Source of the DNA: Octopus bimaculoides
Lineage: Eukaryota
DNA length: 64,000 nucleotides
Reading direction: 5' to 3'
Assembly (NCBI RefSeq): GCF_001194135.2
Contig: NC_068982.1
Location: forward strand, 6,283,617 to 6,347,616
This document shows, piece by piece, positions 1 through 12,399 of this stretch. The position numbers were made by a program, and so were the translations under genes. Numbering within the stretch: the first letter of the stretch is position 1; the number at the start of each line of letters is the position of its first letter. Under the pieces are notes generated by a model. The model did not search any database. It was not told where the DNA came from and was given only the letters and a program-made list of their open reading frames with translations.

Positions 1-42
<42 letters not shown>

Positions 43-237
43 ATGTTAGGATTCATGTGAATTAGGCACTTAAATGGTAAGGCACCGGGTCAGGTCAAAA
101 TTAAAATGCATACATAGCAACTATAGACAAATACAAACATTGGTACACAAGGATAAGCTGAAAGATATTCATGTTATGGATACATTCTTCAGATGAGTAC
201 CCGCGTCACAATATTGAGAACATTTAAAAACATTTAT

Positions 238-286
<49 letters not shown>

Positions 287-559
287 AATATGTATGTATG
301 TATGTATGTTTGTATTGGTGAAATTGTTATTGTGCTTATTTGCGAATTTCTAAAGTATTTTGAAAAGGAGTTCATATTTTGTCATTACAAATGGATAGTG
401 TGGAAACATAAATTCCCTGTGCTGTTCATTCAAAGGGGTTTTGTGGTGTGAATGAATTTTGAGAACATAGTGGTAGGGGTAAGTAGATACAGAGAAGAGA
501 ATAAATATGTATGTTAGGAGGAGAAGGTATTAGGCAAAAAGCAATTATATTGACTTTAG

Positions 560-672
560 CACTTGACTGATAAATGATATCACCGACCCTGAGATTTGAA
601 CTCAGAACGTAAAGAGCCAGTATAAATACCACAAAGCATTTTGTTCGACGTGTTAAATATTCTACCAACAGA
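560..672 (-). mobile_element. SINE family A head fragment
   Basis: GATTTGAACTCAGAACGTAAAGA (reverse B box region). Confidence 0.6.
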
Positions 673-1172
673 TTCATGGAACGATGATTGCAACAGATGG
701 GAGTTCATAAAATTCACCGAGGGGCCAAATGAAAGTGTGAAACTGAGAGATAATTTGTGTCTACGAATCAAGAACAAGAACCGCCGCTTTGACATGTTTT
801 CAGACAGAGTAGTCAGCCAAATTTCATTCGGATATTTGGGGTCGACTCAAGTTTATAGCAGACGACACTTGCTCAAAGTTTTGTGTATTGTGGTTGAACC
901 GGGAATTACGTAAGTGTGTAGCTATATTTTTTTATCCTACAGTCATGTTTGTACACTCAAATGTGTGTGCGTTTTTATGCGTACGTATGTTGCGTGATAA
1001 TGTAAAAATGTGTGTTTGATTGCTGTATGATACCTTTTAACTCCTTCGCGTGTGTGTGTGTGTGTATTTGTGTGTGTGTGTATGAATATGCATACATACA
1101 GATAAATAAATATAGATAACACACCGATTCTCAGAAACATATGCATGACGTGTGCATGTGTGTGTGTGTGTG

Positions 1173-1221
<49 letters not shown>

Positions 1222-1266
1222 NNNNNNNNNNNNNNNNNNNNNCGTGTGCATGTGTGTGTGTGTGTG

Positions 1267-1313
<47 letters not shown>

Positions 1314-1315
<2 letters not shown>

Positions 1316-1677
1316 AGAGCAATGGCCCAGTGGCTAGGGCAACGGACTCACGGTCATAGGATCGCGGTTTCAATTTCTAGACCGGGCGTTGTGAGTGTTT
1401 ATTGAGCAAAAACACATAAAGCTCGACGAAGCTCTGGCAGTGGGTGGTGGTGAACCCTGCTGTATTCTTTCACCACAACTTTCTCTCACTCTTTCAGCCT
1501 ATTTCTGTTGTACCTGTATTTCAAGCCTTGTTACACTCTGTGTCACGCTGAATCTCCCCGAGAACTACGTTAAGGGTACACGTGTCAGTGGAGTACTCAG
1601 CCACGTTAATTTCACGAGCAGGTTGTTTTGTAGATAGGATCAACTGGAACCCTCGTCGTCGTAACCGACGGAGTGAC
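1314..1677 (+). mobile_element. tRNA-derived SINE, family C
   Basis: AATGGCCCAGTGG A box, GGTTTCAATTTC B-box-like, 3' block GAACTACGTTAAGGGTACACG..CGTAACCGACGGAGTG. Confidence 0.9.
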
Positions 1678-3482
1678 ACAAGTGTGTGTGCGTGCGTGTG
1701 AGTGTGTGAGTGTACGTGTGTGTACGCGCGTGTGTGTTGGCTCGTGTCGATGGGTTTATGTATGTATGTATGTATGTATGTATGTATGTATGTATGTATG
1801 TATACGACGTTGTATTTCCGATAAAACATTGTTCTTTATTTCTTCAATGTATTTTTAACCTTAATGACAATGTCTAATATTTGAACAGCGGCAACACCTA
1901 CAGGAAAATCAGAAAAGATAAGGCTGAAGCACTTTCCTACTCCAAAGTCACAAGCAATAGTTTAATAGGAAGAAGTCACTGGTGCTGATGAATTCTGACA
2001 TAACATTAAATCGATAAATACACAAAATTAGAAACTACGCCAAATTGTCATAGATATTATTGTTGACATAGTTATTATTATTACCATTATCATGATTGTT
2101 ATTATTATTATTATCATTATCATTATTACTATAATTTTGTTCATTATTTGTATACTTCTCTCTCCCCATGAGAACATATCCAAATACAAGAAATTAGATG
2201 CCTCTGTTTAATCAGTTTGTTTACTTGATTGATGTTTGAGTGCCGACTCTGCTTTCTCAAAAATCTGTAGAAGCAAGGAAATGTTTTATTTTTTTTTTAA
2301 GTCAGTATTTTCTAAATAAAACATGTTGGTATATTTGCTTGATTTGCAAAACGTATTTTAAAGAGTTAGTTGAGTGTATGTTTTGTGGAGTGTGGGTTAC
2401 ACAGAAAACGGAATGCAAAACTCCAAATTGGTTAAATGAAAATCGAAAAGAATTACATGAAAATGTTATTTTCTCTTTCGACGGATTTGATCAAGGAAAT
2501 AGATATATGGTCATTGAATTACAGTTATTAAGTGTGAAGGAAATATTTGTAATTCTTAAATGCGAGAGAATACACTCATACACGTAGTTGCTTAGAAACA
2601 CATTTATTTTATACATTAGTGAAAAATCATAAAAAATAGTGTACTTACATATGGAAGTTTTGCACCTCATCATTCTTCAGCCGGTTAAAAAAGTGAAATC
2701 AACTCTATTCAGTTCCCAATAACTTCTGATCTCATACCTAAACCGGAAATTATTGTTAACTCTCTCAAAAATTACTTTGTTCAGTCCCTGCGCATTCTCA
2801 ATTCACATCTTGCTGCCGCTGATTTTCTTTTGATCTTTTCGTGGTCGATAAAATTGCTCTCAAGAAGTTGTCGATTAAATCGATAACATCTTCCCATAAA
2901 ATGTCTGATTTCGTTCCAGATTCAGAAGTCATTATTATTGTTACTGCCATGAGGGCGAGATAGGAGAATGAAAATTAATATTGATAGAGATAAAATGTCG
3001 TCTTGTGGTATTTAGTTGCGTTTCTTAACTCCGCAGTAAAAATTCTGCTAATTTTGAGATTGTCTTTCACCGTTAAAGCGTTCAGAAAATGAGGACCACT
3101 CAAATACTGGTTTGTTTCCCATAAAATTGTTAGCGATCGTTATGTAACAAATTATAACTTCTATTAGGAATAACTATCGAGTTATTTATGGTCTGGGTCC
3201 GAGTTGAACTCATATTTCTGGTGTAGATACGTTAAGAGCCAATAAAGTACCGAAAAAGATATAATTGACTGCGGCTCCAAACCGGTAACTTTCTTCTTAT
3301 GCTCGAAATTGTCAATAAAATTTATAAGGTGTAAAAGCGTCAAAAATGTATTGCATTAAGTTCAAATAACGCCGAGGACATCTTCATTTCTTCGAGATCG
3401 ATAAATCAATTAACAACAAAATACTGGTGTCATTTCTCTTCTCTTCTCCCTCTGTCAGAATCGGTTGCGTTTAAGGAGCTGC

Positions 3483-3553
3483 AAAAGAGCATTCGCATAA
3501 CCACACCATCATCAATCAAAAGATTGATGGCGTGGCTGTAGGAATGCTCCTTT
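3483..3553 (-). other. Isolated long hairpin (pre-miRNA-sized)
   Basis: GAGCATTC..ATCAATC-loop-GATTGAT..GAATGCTC; 24 pairs on + and 26 on - by manual pairing. Confidence 0.5.
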
Positions 3554-3911
3554 CTTCAACTCAGTGAACTCTCCAAGAAAGATCCATTTAAGACATTAGC
3601 AAAAGCAAACATTTTTTGTGGGACATGTTATCGATTATATCGATTTTCAGTAAAAGTATTAGAAATCTGAGACAATCTAATTTCAGACGATGAGTAGAGT
3701 CGATTACAATAACCTCAGTGCTTAACCGGTATATTGTTTCATTCACCACGGTAAGATGAGCGGTTGATCTTAGTGAATTTTAATTCAGAACATAAATGAC
3801 TGTGACTAAATTATAACTTTTAATATTGACACAATGGCAGAAATTTTAGGATGGGTTAGTGGATTAATTCGTCTCCTCTAGTATTTGATTGATACTTTAT
3901 TGAATCGATCA

Positions 3912-4132
3912 AAGGCGGCGAGCTGGCAGAATCGTTAGCACGCCAGGAAAAATGTTTAGCGGCATTTCATCCGTCTTTACATACTGAGTTCAAATTCCAC
4001 CGAGGTCGACTTTGCTTTTCATCCTTCCGGTGGGGTGGGGGTCAATAAAATAAGTACCAGTCAAGCACTGGGAATCGATCTAATCGACTTACCATTCCCT
4101 GAAATTGCTGGACTTTTAACCAAAACTTGAAA
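3912..4132 (+). mobile_element. tRNA-derived SINE, family A
   Basis: GGCGAGCTGGCAGAATCGTTAG head, GAGTTCAAATTCC B box, GAGGTCGACTTTGC..AAGTACCAG body. Confidence 0.9.
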
Positions 4133-4749
4133 TCACTCATATTGAATTATTGAAAACTAAAACTAAAAGAATTCCCTTGCTGGATTTGAACTCCGAACTA
4201 AATAACCATATTTAAATAGCACCTTGCATTTACTTAGACGCTCTAACGATTATCCCAGTCCAGTGTCACTGCAATAAATCAGCAGGCAATTATAATCGGG
4301 AGGGTATTGTATAAAATATTTTGTGGTATTTAGTTTCAAGTGTCATTTGCTTTACGTCCGTCGCGGGGAACTTTTTCAATGTTTCCTTGTATGGTTTCCG
4401 GTGTCGATAAAAGAAAGAACTTCCAAATAATGGACTTGATTTTCTGCTTGAAATTAATATTGTTACCTGATGGGCGGTCGTTTGGCAATATTAGCAGTGG
4501 CGAAAAGTACCAGACATTTAAAAGAATCTTCTAAATCAACTCTACCTGACATCAACTCGCCTCAAAATATATGACAATCTACCTGCAGGAAATCATTATC
4601 GTTACCGCCGAGAGGGAACCGAAGATTGCGTAACCTGTAATGGCAGATAAAATACTTTGTATAGTTCTATATTTAAGAGATGGGGAATTATGTACATTAT
4701 TTACATTATTTACATCTGACGGATATTTGTCCTCTTTTTGTTTGTTGTT

Positions 4750-4795
4750 AACACAACGTTCGGGTGATATATCCTCCAGCCTTCATCAGGTGTCC
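4750..4795 (-). ncRNA. Degenerate hammerhead motif, family 1
   Basis: Reverse complement gacac-CTGATGA-aggctggaggatatatcaccc-GAACGTT-gtgtt; one A of GAAA lost. Confidence 0.4.
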
Positions 4796-4839
4796 TGGGG
4801 AAATTTCGAACCTGGGTTCCCATTTCTAAGGTATTTTCG

Positions 4840-4903
<64 letters not shown>

Positions 4904-4904
4904 T

Positions 4905-4937
<33 letters not shown>

Positions 4938-5032
4938 AAGAAGAAGAAGAAGAAGAAGAAGAAGAAGATCGACAAATATCTTAGGAATGAGAACCCAGGT
5001 CCGAAATTTCCCCCAAGACGAAGACGCCTGAT

Positions 5033-5078
5033 GAAGGCGGGAGGGTATATCAGCTGAAACGTTGTGTTAACAACAAAC
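5033..5078 (+). ncRNA. Minimal hammerhead motif, family 1 (best-preserved core of the five copies)
   Basis: gacgc-CTGATGA-a-ggcgg(gagggtatat)cagct-GAAACGTT-gtgtt; loopless palindromic ACGT stem III, GUU triplet, extra A after A9. Confidence 0.6.
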
Positions 5079-7378
5079 AAGATGAGGACAAATATTCATC
5101 AAATGTAAATAATGTAAATAAGGTAAATACTTTGTGATGCTCGGTTGTGTTTCTTTTTATATTGTGATTTCAGAGCTTCCAAGATTAAAACTTTGTCTTT
5201 CATTTTTCTGTCATCGACAAAGGAAGTACCAAAAAGTGTACTTGATTCAGTTTAGTAGACTGTATTCCTGTACTCAATTTTCTTTTGTGATTTTGTTCCA
5301 AAGTAAGAATCATTTTTCCTTTCAAAAATGTAGCTTGTTATATTAATATGTTGAAATAATTAAAATAACAAAATTTGGCTCAATTCAGGTATCTAGAAAA
5401 ACAGTTCAGGTGTCTAGAAAAACAAAATTTCCTATAGAAGTATTTAAGTAACTTATTGCCAAATATCACACTGACGAAAACATCAAAATATTTGGAGAAA
5501 ATAGACCTTAGTTAATTGGCGTCAAATTTGATTAAGCTCCATAAACACAGCAGAAATTAAATACATTAATTTGATAAACATCAAAAGGAGAACACCATGG
5601 TGTAGCGCTAACTTTCGACGTCTTTCGATTGAATTTGATGAATGCGCACGCATATGCTAATATAGAGTATATACATTGAACGCAAAATATGGCAAAAGGC
5701 TAGTTTAGGAATTGAGATCTAATTGAAAAGGACAAATATCAGCATCTTAAATGTATTTTTAATTTTCGTGCCTCAAATAAGCACCGTATAAAACGCTAAT
5801 AAGGCTACATTCTTTTAGATAAGAAACGGACTGGACAGGGTGAGTTGAGGAATATATTAAGTGCAATGATCATAAGAAACACGTGATGTACGAGATGCAT
5901 TAGTGTTCAGCATTTTTCTGAGTTCATCGTCTGCTAAGATCAACATTGGCTTTCATTTCTTCAGTATACATAAAATAGGAAACAATGCATCAGTCTTTTC
6001 ATTTTGAAAAAGGAAGGAATTGTATAAATTAGAGAAGTTTGAAGTTGATGGAAATTGCAGGAGACAGTGATCAAGCTTAAAAGCTATACTGTATCTAATC
6101 GAAGCCTAGATGATATCATATCTACAAATTTAATCATAATTCTAGTGTTTTCATCTTGTTCTGAAGGCGATGGATAAAACAATAGGAAAAATATGCTCGT
6201 TACCCCTCTTTCAAATTTTTTTCTCAATTTCTGTGAAATTTTAAAATGTTCGAAAACATTATGACAACAGTAAAGAGATAGAAAGATTTGCGGAAATAGA
6301 TATTTAGTAATTAGTCGGGATCCTGGAGAAAATCTATGTAGGATTGGCTTAGCTTTTCCTTTTTCAAGAATACAGCAGTTGTATACTTCACTAGATTCAA
6401 TTGATTAAACTGGCTCCCTGGGAAATTGACCTAATTTATAGTTAAACAAAATCAATACAAGAAGCTGATTGATCCGTAAGGTAACTTTATATTACTAACC
6501 TTTTCACCTGACATGTTCAGAAAAAAAACAAAAAAAACAGAGAAGATCTGAAAAGATCTGAAGAATATTACTGAATGGGAGAATGACTGCTGGAAATAGT
6601 GTTTAAAGAAGTACCATTTTAAGAACTCAATGTTTGTCTTCCTAGTAAAATCAATGAAAGTGGAGTGTTGATATTTTTTTGTGAAATGTAGATATATGTA
6701 AACACATTTTCTTCTCTTACTGGTTTTAGTCAGTGGACTGCAGCGATGGTGGAGCAATGCTTTCAAAGGTCTGATCGGTCATATTAACCACAGTATTATT
6801 TCAATGGGGTATCTATTTTATCGATCTTTACTTACGGGTCATACAAAAGGTGACATCGATTGTTAAGTCAATATGAATAATAACACAAACGCCAAGACAC
6901 GTGCACACACTCTTGCACTTGTGTGTGTATGTGTGTGTGGTGGTAACAAAGTTTTCGTATACTCAACAAACCACATCTTCACTCGTCTAAACGAAATATT
7001 TTTTTATTTTCAGTGGTGAACAAATGATTAAGAACTTAAAAACAAGTTGATCAAAGTCAAATGTGAAAAAATCCAGAACAAAAAAAGACAACATGTGTAT
7101 ATTTACCTGATTCCTTATATATTCACTCTGTCATGTTTGTTTCCGCTGTTTCTCATACAGTTAGACGGTATTTCGTGAATTCTAACCATTCATAGCAGTC
7201 GGTCACAAGGGTTTTGATATAGAAGTGGTTAGGGTAGGATGTATATGAGAATGTAACTCTGCTGAGATAATTGATTGAGTCCCATTACACAAACACACAT
7301 ATGTATGTATATATATATATATATATATATATNNNNNNNNNNNNNNNNNNNNNNNNNNNNNNNNNNNNNNNNNNNNNN

Positions 7379-7409
<31 letters not shown>

Positions 7410-7410
<1 letters not shown>

Positions 7411-7660
7411 ATAAAAAAACAAAAGACGACGGGTGTGTAAACAACAAAGAGATGTATTAGTTTAACGCTCTGGAAGTGAGAAAGTCTTTTACGTTTCGAG
7501 TCTACGCTCTTCGACAGAAAGGAACACAGAGAAAATGTGAGGAAGTCTTGTGTATCGTTGGCGATTTTCTTCTTCTGTTTTCTCTCCCTTTTCTGAGCGT
7601 CTGATAATACAGTGCTTGTACCACGTCGACCCGTTATTGTTTTTTCTTGTTTGTTCTTCT
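7410..7660. mobile_element. Family-2 PLE-like terminal fragment with a diverged inverted second arm
   Basis: 7410-7490 matches 39270-39360; ~7580-7660 resembles the reverse complement of the same tail (GAGCGT..TAATACA..GTCG..TTGTTTT) without the core. Confidence 0.5.
7486..7521 (-). ncRNA. Minimal hammerhead-like motif, family 2 (CUGUCGA core)
   Basis: Reverse complement cttt-CTGTCGA-a-gagcgtagactc-GAAACGTA-aaag; GUA triplet; flanks homologous to 39270-39430. Confidence 0.45.
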
Positions 7661-8614
7661 TTGTTTGGATTCACTATATATATATGCAGATGAGCATGAA
7701 AAGACAACACAAAAGACAAGACGCGGTAAGGGTTGTTATTATTAGAGTCATTCCCAAAGTGAAGTAAATGAAAATATATTCACGTTTCAGGCGTAGACCA
7801 TCATCAAAGTGTAGAAGGAAAAACGAGAAGCGAAAAGAGAAAAAGGAATTATGTTCAAGAAAGAAATTCCATGAACCTCAAAGCTATGCTTTGTTGAAAA
7901 TAACTTGAATGCGAGAAGGAGAAAAGAAGAACTTCAAACTCAAGAGAGTGGGCGAGGAGAGAGAAGCCTAACGTAAACTGCGTAGGTGTATATGAGTGTG
8001 TGTGTGTGTGTGTGNNNNNNNNNNNNNNNNNNNNNNNNNNNNNNNNNNNNNNNNNNNNNNNNNNNNNNNNNNNNNNNNNNNNNNNNNNNNNNNNNNNNNN
8101 NNNNNNNNNNNNNNNNNNNNNNNNNNNNNNNNNNNNNNNNNNNNNNNNNNNNNNNNNNNNNNNNNNNNNNNNNNNNNNNNNNNNNNNNNNNNNNNNNNNN
8201 NNNNNNNNNNNNNNNNNNNNATATATATATATATATATATATAAACACACACATATATAGCTGCATATCTGTTTTGAACGTCGACTGCGTGTGTAGGTGT
8301 TATTTTGGAGAGTACCTGTGCTTGTTCGTTTACGCGCATGCGTGTTGTGTTCCCGACCTTTGCATGTGGTGTAAATGTGTGTGGAACGCTGAGTGTAAGT
8401 ACATTCGATCCCGTATAGAGCTGTGACAAAAAGTGAGCATCGTTTTCCATTAAAGTGTACGTGTAAGTTTTTGTGACAAAGTGTGTGTAAGTTTTGCGGA
8501 ATCGATGCCTATATTATATGCGGGTGTATATCTAAGCTGCTCTTGTATGTGTGTGTTGCATGAATGTATTGCGTGTTTACGTATGCTTACTTGTCGTTTG
8601 TGAGTTAAGTTGGT

Positions 8615-8890
8615 ATAGGAAACTTGAATTTGGGCATTCAACCATTCATCGACACCTGCATGCCATCAGAAAAGTCAACAAACTGGGTCAATGGGTTCCT
8701 CACAAACTTTTCAAGTCTAATCGCACGCAGAGTGAATGTGTGCTCTTCTTTGCTGTCACGTCTCATGAATGAACATTTTTTAGACCGAATAATGACTGCC
8801 GACGAGAAATGGGTTCTCTATAAAAGTGTCAAGCACCGAAGACAGTCGGTAGGGAAAGGAGAAATACGGGTACCCCAGTTTAAAGAAGGT
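8615..8890 (+). pseudogene. mariner transposase remnant
   Basis: KLEFGHSTIHRHLHAIRKVNKLGQWVPHKL (WVPHEL motif), then after a frameshift HFLDRIMTADEKWVLY (first catalytic D motif TGDEKW). Confidence 0.9.
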
Positions 8891-8919
8891 CTAATAGATA
8901 GATAAATAGATAGATAGAA

Positions 8920-8951
<32 letters not shown>

Positions 8952-9074
8952 AAAGAGAAGGCAGTATAAGAAAATCTTTTAACAAACCACAAAGAAGTTA
9001 TGAAGTTACACAATTATAATTTTACTTGTCAATTACGAATTACGCAGCCATTTTCGGACAGTGGATTTATTAAT

Positions 9075-9292
9075 ATTGGTTTCAAAGTTTTCGCACAAGG
9101 ACATCGATTTCAAAGCAGATGTAAAATCGATTACATCGACCTCAGTGTTCAACTAGTACTTATTTTATCGACCCCCGAAATGAGGAAAAGCAAAGTAGAC
9201 CTCGGTGGAATTTGAATTCGCAATGTTAGGACGGACGAAATTCCGCAAAGGATTTTGCCCGGCGCGGTAACGATTCTGCCAGTTCAACCCCT
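9075..9292 (-). mobile_element. SINE family A
   Basis: Reverse complement of the family A body and head. Confidence 0.85.
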
Positions 9293-9400
9293 TAGTGAAT
9301 TTATTAATATTAGTGACAAATAACTTTCATCCTTTCGGGGTCGATAAAATAAGTACCAGTTAAACAATGGGATCGATGACACCAATATTAATGACAGATA

Positions 9401-9620
9401 AAGCAGCTAGGTGGCAGAATCGTTAAAGCTTCAGGCAATAATGCTTAGCGGCATTTCGTCCGTCTTGAAATTCTAAGTTCAAATTCCACCGTTATCAATT
9501 TTGCCTTTCATCGTTACGGCGTTCATAAAATAAGTACCAGTTCAATACTGGGGTTGATTTAATCGACTTAACTCTTCCTCTAGGAAAGGCTGGCCTTGTG
9601 CCAAAATTTGAGGCCAAATT
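9401..9620 (+). mobile_element. SINE family A
   Basis: Full head-body-tail; head-to-head with the 9075-9292 copy. Confidence 0.88.
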
Positions 9621-10689
9621 TATTGACAAATACAATTGAAGAAAATGGTATTCTGTATAATTAATACATCTTTATGAGATGGTAAAGCGTCTCCGTGAAC
9701 AGTGGACAAGAACTGCCGTAGTTTCCATTTCAAGTAATTCTCTTAAATTCTCTTAAATTTGTAGTGATTCAATCAGAAACATTGTGGAAATCTCATTTAA
9801 AAATGAACAGTTGCCCCCACACTAACTTTCGTTTTACTTTTTAATTATAATGTATTGAAATTGATACACTATCGAGAAATAGGTGGGTGATATCACGAAA
9901 CCAATTTGTAAGATGTAGACAACATATAATATGACCAACAAACAAAACGAGATTTATCTTGGTTGTATGTTTGTTCTAGTCTAGAAACCGTATGTTGAAG
10001 TTGAATGATTTACGTTGTGTTAGATTCTTTTAAAAATACTTTTCTAACAATATTGTATTAGATCTGTGTGTCAATGGCCATGTCACAGATGTGCGACGAT
10101 ACTTTTTGACACTTTAACCATATTGTTAAGAAATAAAACAAAAGTGAATCTAGCGAAGTGCGTTTATGTGTGTATCGGTCTGTTTTTAAGTACCTAACCT
10201 GAGTCATTTAGTTTGTTTCTTAAATTTGTTTAACGGGAAAATGAAATTATACCGACAACATACACCAAAGATATAAAAATAAGAGACACTCTCCACATTT
10301 CAGAATTTAATTTGGTTTTGTGATACTGTGTCGCATTCATTGTCTTTCGCAGTAGCAGCATCTATACCGTTTCCTCGCAACCCTCCGGCAGTAATCCTCT
10401 TGTTGCGTCTTTTCTATTTAGCTACGCTTGTGTCTATCCAGTATCCTCTCGCACACTGGCGAGAACTCTATGATTAATGATAATTTTCTCTTAAGTGCTG
10501 TACAAAAATTGACCATTTAGATTATCTTCAATGAATAAATTAAATAAAACAGAAGAAAATAAATAAAATAAAATAGAAAATAAATAAAATAGAATAAAAT
10601 AACTGAACACCAGTTGTACTACGTAAAGTATTACCTCACTAAACCCGCTACCAAACACAGTACCCATATTTACATATTTTCTTTACTCA

Positions 10690-10923
10690 AGGTGGAAAGC
10701 TGGCAGAATCGATAGCACGCCGGGCGAAATGCTTAGAGGTATTTCGTCTGCGGTTACGTTTTGAGTTCAAATTCCGCCGAGTTCGACTTTGCCTTTCATC
10801 CTTTCGGGGTCGATAAATTAAGTACCAGTTACGCACTGGGGTTGATGTAATGGACTTAACCCGTTTGTCTGTCCTTGTTTGTTCCCTCTATGTTTAGCCC
10901 CTTGTGGGCAGTAAAAAAATAAG
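10690..10923 (+). mobile_element. SINE family A (tail type 1)
   Basis: Young copy ending GTCTGTCCTTGTTTGTTCCCTCTATGTTTAGCCCCTTGTGGGC. Confidence 0.92.
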
Positions 10924-11125
10924 AATCGTGAGCACGCTGGACGAAATGCTTAGCGGTATTTCGCCCGTCGCTACGTTCTGAATTTAAACTCCGCGGAGGT
11001 CGACTTTGCCTTTCACCCCTTCGGGGTCGATAAATTAAGTACCAGTTACGCAGTGGGGTCGACGTATTTGAATTATCCCTCTCCCCCCAAAATTTCAGGC
11101 CTTGTGCCTATAGTAGAGAGGATTA
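10924..11125 (+). mobile_element. SINE family A (tail type 2), tandem to the previous copy
   Basis: Starts directly after the previous tail, head slightly clipped; ends CCCCCAAAATTTCAGGCCTTGTGCC. Confidence 0.9.
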
Positions 11126-11149
11126 TTTCCTTATTCCATTATTATACTC

Positions 11150-11300
11150 CTTCAGTCATTGGAGTAGGCCATGCTGGGACAACGCTTTTGAGGGTATTGT
11201 AGATTACATCAACACCAGTAGTTATTTTATTAAATCAGAAGGATGAAAAGTAAATTTCACATGGTCGGGATATGAACTCATACCATAAAATTACAAATTC
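11150..11300 (-). mobile_element. Old SINE fragment (A/B-type tail)
   Basis: CAGTCA..GGCCATGCTGG..GATTACATCAACACCAGT..GAAGGATGAAA..GAACTC. Confidence 0.55.
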
Positions 11301-11938
11301 AATTTCTACCGCGATAAACTTTTCCTTTCACCCTTCCAGTGCCGATACTGTATAGCTTAAGCACTTAATTCGATTAAATTCACAATGAATCTATGATAAA
11401 AATCATTATTATGTGCTCTAAACGAAACTGGAAGTTCATCTAAACGATACAACAATTTCTAGTTGTTCTTGGAATACGTATTTCTTTCACTTTATTATAA
11501 AAGCCTAAAATATTATGAGCTCCGTTTATAGCTTTATTTTAACGATTAGCAATCAAAAAACATCAAATTATAAGTACTATATGTAAAAGAGCTTTGTCGT
11601 AGTGCAAAAGCAATGCAAATGTCCCCTCAGCATGCACTGTTTCACTCAGCTGCACTCTTAAAACTATTTCATGTCTTTATAAAACAGCGGATTCTCTTTT
11701 GATTATTAGGTACAAACTGAATGAACGTTACGCCAAATAATAAATAGACAGAAATTGCTTAAGGGAAATTATTTTAAGGAAACGTTCTGCATACAAAATC
11801 TAAATACAATTACAATAGGAGCTTGCGTATGCAATACAGTGTGTCTTAAGACATTGATCAGTTGGAATTATTCAATGAGTTAGAAGAAGCCTACTACCGT
11901 GTGGTGTTTAAAATACAAGCGACAAACAGTGGTGATTA

Positions 11939-11971
<33 letters not shown>

Positions 11972-12399
11972 NNNNNNNNNNNNNNNNNNNNNNNNNNNNN
12001 NNNNNNNNNNNNNNNNNNNNNNNNNNNNNNNNNNNNNNNNNNNNNNNNNNNNNNNNNNNNNNNNNNNNNNNNNNNNNNNNNNNNNNNNNNNNNNNNNNNN
12101 NNNNNNNNNNNNNNNNNNNNNNNNNNNNNNNNNNNNNNNNNNNNNNNNNNNNNNNNNNNNNNNNNNNNNNNNNNNNNNNNNNNNNNNNNNNNNNNNNNNN
12201 NNNNNNNNNNNNNNNNNNNNNNNNNNNNNNNNNNNNNNNNNNNNNNNNNNNNNNNNNNNNNNNNNNNNNNNNNNNNNNNNNNNNNNNNNNNNNNNNNNNN
12301 NNNNNNNNNNNNNNNNNNNNNNNNNNNNNNNNNNNNNNNNNNNNNNNNNNNNNNNNNNNNNNNNNNNNNNNNNNNNNNNNNNNNNNNATATATATATTA

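Larger units (their letters stand above)
4663..5121. mobile_element. Fold-back pair of HHR-bearing PLE-like/SINE tails around (AAT)n(AAG)n
   Basis: 4693-4840 is the reverse complement of 4969-5121; the centre 4841-4968 is microsatellite; tails end in (TGTAAATAA)n. Confidence 0.8.

Noticed and set aside
641-913. 90-aa plus-strand ORF
   Set aside because: Both ends lie in SINE fragments; the middle has no recognisable motif.
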